Source of the DNA: an uncultured Nitrospirales bacterium
Lineage (GTDB): Bacteria > Hydrogenedentota > Hydrogenedentia > Hydrogenedentales > Hydrogenedentaceae
DNA: 64,000 nucleotides
Reading direction: 5' to 3'
NCBI GenBank assembly: GCA_964549105.1
Contig: CAZJTZ010000006.1
Coordinates: 29,273-93,272 of the forward strand
Below, one piece after another: positions 9,733 through 17,732 of this stretch (its first letter is position 1; each line of letters starts with the position of its first letter). The position numbers and the translations under genes are program-made. The notes under the pieces were generated by a model, which had not been told where the DNA came from, made no database searches, and saw only the letters and a list, made by a program, of their open reading frames with translations.

Positions 9733-10998
9733 ATGTTAAATCGAAGGGAATTTATAGCCACCTCTGCAATTGCTATGGCTGGTACAACACTTGCCAAAAG
9801 AGTAAACGCACAATCCCCTAAAATACGCGTTGGGGTTATTGGTTGTCATCGGCGCGGTTCGCAGGTTGCTGAAAACCTTGTCAAGTCTGGCTATTTTACA
9901 GTAAAAACATTATGCGATTGTGACGAAGAGGTGCTTAATAATGTTAATAAAGAACTGCAAAAAGATAAAATTGAAGTCTCTGTGCTTGAAAAAGATTTCC
10001 GCCGTGTTTTAGATGATAAAGAGATTGAAGCAGTTGTAGTGACCACACCTGACCATTGGCACGCTCTTATGACGGTTATGGCTCTGGATGCAGGCAAACA
10101 TGTGTATGTAGAAAAACCTCTCTCCTACAACATCTATGATGGCTATGCAGTGACACAAGCAATGAAGAAACATCCAAAGCAGATAGTTTTAGTAGGCTCA
10201 CAGCAGCGAAGTGGTAAACATTTTCAAGAAGCACGCGAATTTCTTCAATCTGGTGGTGTAGGCAAGATAGGCTTTGTTCGTGCTGCTACTATTCACTGGC
10301 GTGAACCTTTGCCGAAAGTGCCCGATAGCGACCCACCAAAAACATTGGATTATGATATGTGGACAGGACCCGCACCACTTAAACCATATAACAAATATCG
10401 GCATCATTATAACTGGCATTTTACTCGCGATTATGGGACAGGAGATACTGGAAATTGGGCAGCACACTGGTTGGACATTGTCCGTTGGTTTATGGGCATA
10501 GATTATCCTAATCGAGTGGTAGGAATGGGTGGACAATTTATTACCAAAGACATCAAAGAGTGGCCCGATACGCAAACTACTTTGCTTGAATACCCTGAGT
10601 TAACTGTGCTCTGGGAACTCCGACTATGGTCAGAATACGGACCCAGTTCTCTTGCTGAGTTTCACGGAAGTAAAGGGACTCTCGTTATTACTCGCGATGA
10701 CTGGAAAGTATTTGAATCGGGTTCTAAAAAACCACCCCGAACAAATCCCGGCAGTGATATTGAATTGCCGCATGCAATTAATTTTGCTAAATCTATTTTA
10801 GGAGAGGAGAAGCCAATTGTGCCCGGTGATGATGGACACATTACTGCGGTGCTTTGTCATCTTTGCAATATTAGCACCTTTATTCCGAGAGCATTAGCAT
10901 TTGACCCACAAACTCTGTCCTTTGTGAATGACCCCGAAGCAGATAAGTGGATTAAACGCACTTATCGAGCACCATGGAACATTGAACAATACTTATAG
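9733..10998 (+). CDS. Gfo/Idh/MocA family NAD(P)-dependent oxidoreductase with twin-arginine (TAT) signal peptide
   Basis: N-terminus MLNRREFIATSAIAMAGTTLA carries an RREFI Tat motif. Rossmann motif IRVGVIGCHRRG, EKPL motif and a C-terminal GFO_IDH_MocA_C-like region. Confidence 0.8.
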   Translation: MLNRREFIATSAIAMAGTTLAKRVNAQSPKIRVGVIGCHRRGSQVAENLVKSGYFTVKTLCDCDEEVLNNVNKELQKDKIEVSVLEKDFRRVLDDKEIEAVVVTTPDHWHALMTVMALDAGKHVYVEKPLSYNIYDGYAVTQAMKKHPKQIVLVGSQQRSGKHFQEAREFLQSGGVGKIGFVRAATIHWREPLPKVPDSDPPKTLDYDMWTGPAPLKPYNKYRHHYNWHFTRDYGTGDTGNWAAHWLDIVRWFMGIDYPNRVVGMGGQFITKDIKEWPDTQTTLLEYPELTVLWELRLWSEYGPSSLAEFHGSKGTLVITRDDWKVFESGSKKPPRTNPGSDIELPHAINFAKSILGEEKPIVPGDDGHITAVLCHLCNISTFIPRALAFDPQTLSFVNDPEADKWIKRTYRAPWNIEQYL

Positions 10999-11047
10999 AT
11001 TCACTTGCTTTATTCAAAAAAATCTACAACAATGAGATTTAAAAACA

Positions 11048-12277
11048 TTATCTCTTTTTGGCTGCGACTCGTTCCATAAAGGCGTCAATACGATTTCCAA
11101 CCTGTTCATCACTCCACATACGCGTATCGTTTTGGTCTGCTTCTATTATAAGAACAGGCACACCATATTTCTCTTCCATCGTTTGTGCCAGTTCATATTG
11201 TCCAAAGGAATAAGCACGACAGGAACGATTTGAGTGCATAACCAGCCCATCCAGACTAAAATTCTGCACCATCTGATATAGTTCCTTCTCACGAAAATCA
11301 AGTCCATGATTGATATATCCTGCCATATAATCACCTGCCATAGCACGAAGCGGATTAGATATGTCCCTATCCTCTGTTTGATAGCAAAAATTGCGTGTAT
11401 AGGTAGAAACCACCAACGCTGCATTATGTTGAGAAAATCGGTCGGCTAAAAATTTTATTTTATACCATATTGCCAGATTATCCCAGCCCAAACGATACTC
11501 TTCATGCTCCAGAGTACCTATCCCCTGCTCAATTCGTTCTAACATCTCTGCCTTCAAGGTTTCGTAATATTCAATACATCCCTGCGTGCCACGCAAAGTC
11601 ACTATTGGCGCTAGATGAATAAAGGTATCAAATGAATTCATCGGTGCAGGCTTATGTTGCAATAAATCTTGAATCTCACGCCACAACTTTACGGCACGGT
11701 CAGATAATTCCAGCGTCTCAATAAACTTATCCCAGACAATCGGTTTTCCTGTAATTTCACCTACCTGTTCTATCATCTGCTTCAACTGTAACTCTATATA
11801 GTCTATCGCTTCTGGACGGTCTTTTATCCCATATTGGAAAGGAGCATCAATAAAAATAAGTGGCACATTAAACATCCGCTGCAACTCTTCATACCACTTT
11901 GTAACTGTTCCGCAGATATTATTACAACAGACAAGAAAATCAGGTTTTGGACTGGGAGTGCCCATAAGAGGTCCTTTTCCTGAAAGAACCGAGCCTATAT
12001 CTGTTCGAGCATACGAACACAAGTCCCGGGAAAAACCGTTCTCTTCCGCAACAGCACAGATTTCATCTGCAATTTTCATCGTTCCTGACATAGCAGCCAC
12101 ATTTTCAGGGTATATAGGAATGACCCCTGCTGCATGAAGAATTTCCACAGGACCACCACTTGTAATCCACGCTATTTTCTGTTCTGGGTCATTTTCAGCG
12201 GCTTTCGCCATCATATAATAGAAACCCATTAATTGTTTCATTTGTGCAGTTGCACGAATTGGAACTCGCTGACTCAT
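11048..12277 (-). CDS. 2-hydroxyacyl-CoA dehydratase / benzoyl-CoA reductase family subunit (HgdB/BcrB/BadE-like)
   Basis: Sequence pattern of the CoA_substrate-specific dehydratase family (Pfam HGD-D) with conserved Cys residues. It is co-oriented and contiguous with an activase gene and a second subunit gene. Confidence 0.7.
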   Translation of the reverse strand: MSQRVPIRATAQMKQLMGFYYMMAKAAENDPEQKIAWITSGGPVEILHAAGVIPIYPENVAAMSGTMKIADEICAVAEENGFSRDLCSYARTDIGSVLSGKGPLMGTPSPKPDFLVCCNNICGTVTKWYEELQRMFNVPLIFIDAPFQYGIKDRPEAIDYIELQLKQMIEQVGEITGKPIVWDKFIETLELSDRAVKLWREIQDLLQHKPAPMNSFDTFIHLAPIVTLRGTQGCIEYYETLKAEMLERIEQGIGTLEHEEYRLGWDNLAIWYKIKFLADRFSQHNAALVVSTYTRNFCYQTEDRDISNPLRAMAGDYMAGYINHGLDFREKELYQMVQNFSLDGLVMHSNRSCRAYSFGQYELAQTMEEKYGVPVLIIEADQNDTRMWSDEQVGNRIDAFMERVAAKKR

Positions 12278-12295
12278 AAAATAAAAAATCCCTTC

Positions 12296-13132
12296 TTATT
12301 TACTTTGCGTAATTTTTTGTATTGACTCGTTATTTTTATTAATTAATTCCAGACCCATAATGGCTGCACCCAGAGCACCAATAATTTGGGGTTCTTCAGG
12401 CACAATTAGTTCTTGCTTTAAGATTTTAGAAAGCCAGTTTACCACCCCTTTATTTTTAGCCACACCTCCAGTCATCATTATAGGTGGCACGACACCAACC
12501 CTTGCCGCCAATCCCTGAACCCGTTCGGAAACAGCACGACACAAACCTGAAACAATTGCAGGAATCTCTTCTCCCTGTGCCAAGAGTGAGATAACTTCAC
12601 TTTCTGCAAATACGGTGCATGTTGAAGAGATTCGAGAAGTTTTATCCGACTTAACAGCCATCTCACCCATCTCGTCCAGATGAATTCCAAGCGTCCGTGC
12701 CATCACTTCTAAAAATCTTCCTGTCCCTGCTGCACACTTATCATTCATCTCAAATCGGTTCACCTGACCATCCATATCCAGCAAAATGGCTTTTGAATCC
12801 TGACCGCCAATATCAATAACAAAACGAATCGCAGGCTCCGTTATATGAGCACCGCGTGCATGACAGGTAATCTCCGTTATACTCTTTGTTCTATCTGGAA
12901 TAATGTCTCGACCATAACCCGTAGTAATTACTGCTTTAAGCATTTCTTCATTTACTTTTGCCTGTTCCAGGACTTCTCTTTTCACAGTTTCTGCGGACTG
13001 CAACAACCTTCCTGCTGTGGCTCGAATTGACGAGGCAATTTTCTTGCCCTCATTATCAATCAGAACTGCTTTTGCAGTTGCAGAACCAATATCAAGTCCT
13101 ATTACATAATATTCATTCATATAATCCACCAT
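12296..13132 (-). CDS. ATP-dependent activator (archerase) of 2-hydroxyacyl-CoA dehydratase, BadF/BadG/BcrA/BcrD ATPase family (HgdC-like)
   Basis: N-terminal GLDIGSATAKAVL acetate/sugar kinase-fold motif typical of HgdC. Size 278 aa. Cys residues for a bridging [4Fe-4S] cluster. Confidence 0.8.
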   Translation of the reverse strand: MVDYMNEYYVIGLDIGSATAKAVLIDNEGKKIASSIRATAGRLLQSAETVKREVLEQAKVNEEMLKAVITTGYGRDIIPDRTKSITEITCHARGAHITEPAIRFVIDIGGQDSKAILLDMDGQVNRFEMNDKCAAGTGRFLEVMARTLGIHLDEMGEMAVKSDKTSRISSTCTVFAESEVISLLAQGEEIPAIVSGLCRAVSERVQGLAARVGVVPPIMMTGGVAKNKGVVNWLSKILKQELIVPEEPQIIGALGAAIMGLELINKNNESIQKITQSK

Positions 13133-14268
13133 TACTTTGCGGCTAATGTCTCTATAAATGCTTCTACTCGTGTGTGGAATGACTCAGGAACAGGTTGATT
13201 TTGCTCTACTTCTAATAGAAGGCTGGAAATCCCTTCCTGTTCTAATCTTTTACGAAGGTAGGGATAATTAAATCCATAAGGGTCGCAAAACTTGGTTTGC
13301 ATAAAAATCACACCATCAATATTTCCTGTCTTGATTTTATCAATATAAGGTCCGGCTGGGTCATAGCCCGGCTTATAAATTGCAGGACAGGGGATACGCG
13401 ACAAATACATTTGAGCCAACATCTCAATAGGGTCTCCTTCAGACACAGACGGTATAACATAAGACCTTGAACCCATACATAAATCATCATCAACAACCAG
13501 AGCACCTGACGATTCGATTGTTTGAATAAATCCCTGTGCCTGGCAAACACTGCCACCTACTAAAATCTTTGGCTTTTTAGTGTTTTCTGGGGTCATTTTC
13601 TCTAATTGCTGTATTAATTCTTCCAAAAGTTGGTTGTGTTCCTCTTTCTTCATCACAAATGATGATAATACGATTGAAAACATTTCAGTCCCTGTAATCA
13701 AAGTTGGACTTTTCCTTCGCATATCATACAGAAGTCTCATATTATCTCGGTGCTTGTTATAAAGATTGATACTATTCAGGAGTATATCATCCGTGATTTT
13801 ATTCCCTGATATTTTTTCAACTTCCTCTTTGACTCGTGTTAACTCGCGTTTCAAATAAGTTAATGACATATCCCCTGCACTTAAATTTGGAGTTGAAACA
13901 ATAATCACAGGAGGACCATTTACCCGTCTTCGCCAAACATCTGCTAAATTCTGCATTGTATCGCATGTATGACTGAAAACCATAAGGTCTAAAAACGAAT
14001 AATCTCCCGACAAACCCACATTGAGCACACTTTTTGCAAAACTGCACGCATACGGCTGAAGCCACTGGTCCGCCAGAGGTGTTCCTCCATCTTTACCTAT
14101 TATACGAACGGGAAAATACCCTGCCGCATGGAACAGTTCCTGAGGAGAATAAGTGCACATAAAACCTGCTACCTTTTCCCCATTATTTTTAGCCTGCTTT
14201 GAAAAATAATATAAATCCTCTGAAATACTCGCAAACGGCTTAATAAATTCTTTCACTTCTAAACTCAT
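13132..14268 (-). CDS. 2-hydroxyacyl-CoA dehydratase family subunit (HgdA/BcrC-like)
   Basis: HGD-D family pattern (FMCTYSPQELFHAAGYFPVRI...). Its stop overlaps the activase start, consistent with an operon. Confidence 0.7.
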   Translation of the reverse strand: MSLEVKEFIKPFASISEDLYYFSKQAKNNGEKVAGFMCTYSPQELFHAAGYFPVRIIGKDGGTPLADQWLQPYACSFAKSVLNVGLSGDYSFLDLMVFSHTCDTMQNLADVWRRRVNGPPVIIVSTPNLSAGDMSLTYLKRELTRVKEEVEKISGNKITDDILLNSINLYNKHRDNMRLLYDMRRKSPTLITGTEMFSIVLSSFVMKKEEHNQLLEELIQQLEKMTPENTKKPKILVGGSVCQAQGFIQTIESSGALVVDDDLCMGSRSYVIPSVSEGDPIEMLAQMYLSRIPCPAIYKPGYDPAGPYIDKIKTGNIDGVIFMQTKFCDPYGFNYPYLRKRLEQEGISSLLLEVEQNQPVPESFHTRVEAFIETLAAK

Positions 14269-14473
14269 ATTATTTCCTTTTCTTTCTTTGATACCTTAAA
14301 AAACTTCTACATTTTATCAAAAACATAATTCATATTCCTATTGAAGACTCTTTTATAAAACCCCCTGTGGTCTCTTCAAAAGAAAATTATTATATAAATG
14401 AATACCAATTTTATACCTGATTTCGTGTAAAATAGAGGTAAGGAAATAAAATTATATGTAGAGAGTAATCAAA

Positions 14474-17398
14474 ATGAAGTATCATCGTTTTATCATCAAA
14501 TATTTTATTCTAATCGTTTTATTTTTTCCTCTTATACCTGTTCAGGCACAGTTAACACAAAAAGACATTCAAGAACTTAAACAGCAAGCAATAACCAATG
14601 GCTGGACATTTGATATTGGCGAAACATCTGCAACTCAAAGGAATATTAAAGAACTTACTGGATATGTTCCTCCAGACCCACAATTATTAGATGAATTAGG
14701 ATACACTCCAAAACCAATTGTTCCCACAGAAAAATTACCATCTCGTTGGGACTGGCGTGAGAAAATACCCGGAGGACTTCCACCTATTCGTGACCAGGGT
14801 TCATCTTGTGGTTCCTGCTGGGCTTTTGCCACGGTAGGGGTTCTTGAATGTGCTATAAAAATTAAGGATGGTATTAATGTAGATTTGTCAGAACAATGGC
14901 TTGTGGACTGTGCTACTGGTTGGCTCTGGTATGGATGTGATGGCGGAACATCTGCTCATGACTGGCACAAAGGCACAAAGACAGACAGTTGTGGTGGATA
15001 CGGCGCCGTATTTGAATCTGACTATCCTTATATGGGATACGGCGGGACATGTAATTGTCCTAAGCCCCATCATTACACTATTAACGATTGGCATTATGTA
15101 GGTAGTGCACTGGGGATACCTTCAATAGATGCCTTAAAAACGGCTATATACCGTTACGGACCCATTACCTCTGCTATGGTAGCACCCAAATCCTTATTAG
15201 CCTACAAAGGAGGAATCTACAACGACAATACAGAATCAAAGGAAACAGTAGACCACATGATTGTAATTGTAGGTTGGGACGATGATTATGGAAACGGGGC
15301 TTTTATCATTCGGAATTCCTGGGGTGAATACTGGGGCGAAAATGGTTATGGCTATATTGAGTATGGCACGGCACAAATTGGGTATGGTGCTGACTACATT
15401 GAATATGGCAATCCTTCTGACCCTTTGCTAATCACTCCTCAACAAAACCTATTTTTCTATCTCAGTTCAAACAATTTTATTTCTCCAACTTCCATTGCCA
15501 TTCAACTCGAAAATACAAGTGAATATAATATCAACTGGTCATCTACTACTGATGAAGGTATTGCCTTAAATCCTACTTCAGGCACGATAAGCCCTGGCGA
15601 AACTGTTGCACTCCAATTAACAGTTACACAACAACCCACTCAATCTGGCACTTATACAAAGTCTTTCTCCATTACTAATAACTCAACCCAGAATACTCAA
15701 AGTTTTAATGTCAAACTCAAAAAGGCATATCCTGCTCCTATTTCCTTTTCATTCGATACAGACCCAAACTGGGAAAAGACCGGGAATTGGGCTTTTGGTC
15801 AACCCACAGGCCTGGATGACGACCCTACATCGGGACATACAGGACAATATGTGTATGGCTACAATCTGAACGGTGCTTATGAAAATGACATGGGAGAAGA
15901 GGTATTAATCACCAATCCTATTGACTGTTCGCAAATCAAAAATGTAACCTTCTCTTTTTACCGCTGGCTGGGTGTTGAATCGTCTGAATATGACAATGCA
16001 CGAATTGATGTGAGCACAAACGGAACAACATGGACTACTATCTGGGAACATACGGAGGACTCATTTCAAGATACTTCCTGGTCCTTGCAAAGTTTTAATC
16101 TTTCATCTATTGCCGACAGACAGCCCTTACTTCTTATACGCTGGGTCATGGGACCTACGGATTATAGTGAAACATACTCCGGCTGGAACATTGATGATGT
16201 TTCAATAACAGGAAATCCAATAAATGTTTCTGTTCCCAATGTAGTTGGTAAAGCGATTCAACAAGCACTCGCAGACATTACAGCCGCAGGTTTAACACAG
16301 GGCAATACAACTGGTGAATGCAGCAATTCTGTTCCAAAGGATTATATAATTTCACAATCTCCGCAGGCAGGAGCACTAGTCTCTCCCGGAACAAAAGTAA
16401 ATTTAACCGTTTCCACAGGTCCATGCCCCATTATTGTTCCGGACTTAATCGGATTAACTTATGAAGAAGCAGAAAGCCAAATTTCTTCTCTGGGACTTAG
16501 TATAGGTGAGGAAGAATTCCTATGTAATGATGAAGTTCCTGAAAATACAGTAATTGACCAAAATCCGTCTCCTCAAACAGAAGTTCTGCCAGGAACAAGT
16601 ATAAATTTAACCTTATCATTAGGCTTATGCCCTCAAGAAGGTTCATCTGACGGTGAAGGAGCAGTTGAAGGAAATATAGAAGGACACAATGAAGGCGTAG
16701 CCGAAGGTAGCCCAGAAGGTGTTACAGAAGGAATAACAGAAGGGGCTATTGAGGGTATTACAGAAGGAACTACGGAAGGAGCAAATGAAGGAACACAAGA
16801 AGGACTTAACGAAGGAACAAACGAGGGTTTCACAGAAGGAACGCAAGATGGGACAATAGAAGGTATCTCAGAAGGAATTACAGAAGGTCCACTTGAAGGA
16901 ACAGATGAAGGATTGCCCGAAGGCCCAGTGGAAGGTTCAACCGAAGGTATTATTGAAGGAAATCAAGATGGATTAAACGAAGGTCAAATAGAAGGAACGA
17001 TTGAAGGTATTACAGAAGGTATCACAGAAGGGACTATCGAAGGAGTAATAGAAGGAGCAACCGAAGGAACGACAGAAGGGGAAATTGTGTCCCCATTTCA
17101 TTCCACCGACATAGACAAAGATGGGAAAATAAACTTAGAAGAACTACTCAGAACTATTCAATTTTTTAACTCTGGTGGATACCATTGTGAATCCGGCACC
17201 GAAGATGGTTACTCTCCGGGTTTGAGTATGGACACTAATTGCCGTCCTCATTCTGCTGACTATGCGCCGCAAAATTGGATTATTAATCTATCTGAACTAC
17301 TTCGTGTTATACAATACTTCAATATGGACGGTTATTACTCCTGCCCCGGCTTGAGCGAAGATAACTACTGTCCCTCACCCCTGCCACTAAAAGATTAA
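14474..17398 (+). CDS. Secreted multidomain papain-like (C1) cysteine protease: signal peptide - C1 peptidase - jelly-roll/MAM-like domain - 2 PASTA domains - (xEGx)n linker - dockerin-like double EF-hand C-terminal module
   Basis: Catalytic Cys motif QGSSCGSCWAFA and His/Asn region VDHMIVIVGWDD...NSWG. Two PASTA-like segments (VPNVVGK..., VPDLIGLTYEEAE...). C-terminus has DIDKDGKINLEELLRTIQFFN plus a degenerate second copy and conserved Cys. Confidence 0.8.
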   Translation: MKYHRFIIKYFILIVLFFPLIPVQAQLTQKDIQELKQQAITNGWTFDIGETSATQRNIKELTGYVPPDPQLLDELGYTPKPIVPTEKLPSRWDWREKIPGGLPPIRDQGSSCGSCWAFATVGVLECAIKIKDGINVDLSEQWLVDCATGWLWYGCDGGTSAHDWHKGTKTDSCGGYGAVFESDYPYMGYGGTCNCPKPHHYTINDWHYVGSALGIPSIDALKTAIYRYGPITSAMVAPKSLLAYKGGIYNDNTESKETVDHMIVIVGWDDDYGNGAFIIRNSWGEYWGENGYGYIEYGTAQIGYGADYIEYGNPSDPLLITPQQNLFFYLSSNNFISPTSIAIQLENTSEYNINWSSTTDEGIALNPTSGTISPGETVALQLTVTQQPTQSGTYTKSFSITNNSTQNTQSFNVKLKKAYPAPISFSFDTDPNWEKTGNWAFGQPTGLDDDPTSGHTGQYVYGYNLNGAYENDMGEEVLITNPIDCSQIKNVTFSFYRWLGVESSEYDNARIDVSTNGTTWTTIWEHTEDSFQDTSWSLQSFNLSSIADRQPLLLIRWVMGPTDYSETYSGWNIDDVSITGNPINVSVPNVVGKAIQQALADITAAGLTQGNTTGECSNSVPKDYIISQSPQAGALVSPGTKVNLTVSTGPCPIIVPDLIGLTYEEAESQISSLGLSIGEEEFLCNDEVPENTVIDQNPSPQTEVLPGTSINLTLSLGLCPQEGSSDGEGAVEGNIEGHNEGVAEGSPEGVTEGITEGAIEGITEGTTEGANEGTQEGLNEGTNEGFTEGTQDGTIEGISEGITEGPLEGTDEGLPEGPVEGSTEGIIEGNQDGLNEGQIEGTIEGITEGITEGTIEGVIEGATEGTTEGEIVSPFHSTDIDKDGKINLEELLRTIQFFNSGGYHCESGTEDGYSPGLSMDTNCRPHSADYAPQNWIINLSELLRVIQYFNMDGYYSCPGLSEDNYCPSPLPLKD
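16650..17083 (+). repeat. About 36 tandem copies of a 12-bp unit encoding x-E-G-x tetrapeptides (TEGI/TEGT/NEGV...), in-frame within the protease gene
   Basis: Direct reading shows gaagg recurring every 12 nt. The antisense ORFs 16633..16846 in the track are artefacts of this repeat. Confidence 0.9.
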
Positions 17399-17732
17399 CA
17401 AAAAGTTTTCTCTCTTCACTCAAAAATAACAAAAGATGGCGAAATAACAAATGCGAGGAACTCACGATACTTTAACTTACTAACGAGTTTACGCAAGCAA
17501 AATGTCTACAATAACTTATAACCCTTTGTTAAGGTGGAAACCACTCCTTTAAAACTTATCCATGTTACAATCTTCTACCTGTATAATGTTAATAAAAATT
17601 TCAAAAACAAAATGTTTTTTCTATTTTCTAAAACATTTCCACTAAAAAAATTGCGTGAATGTGAACGATATCTTTTTCTCGCGTTCTTGACTCTCTTTGC
17701 GGTTTTTCATGTAAATCAAAAGAAATTTTTAA

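Noticed and set aside
16633-16846. Two overlapping minus-strand ORFs (66-67 aa, Ser/Pro/Phe-rich) inside the protease gene
   Set aside because: They are antisense read-through of the 12-bp xEGx tandem repeat. Low-complexity, with no start context, and fully nested in a strongly supported gene.
16650-17083. Possible CRISPR-like periodicity
   Set aside because: The period is 12 bp, in-frame and protein-coding, with no spacer/repeat alternation. No cas genes. Not a CRISPR array.
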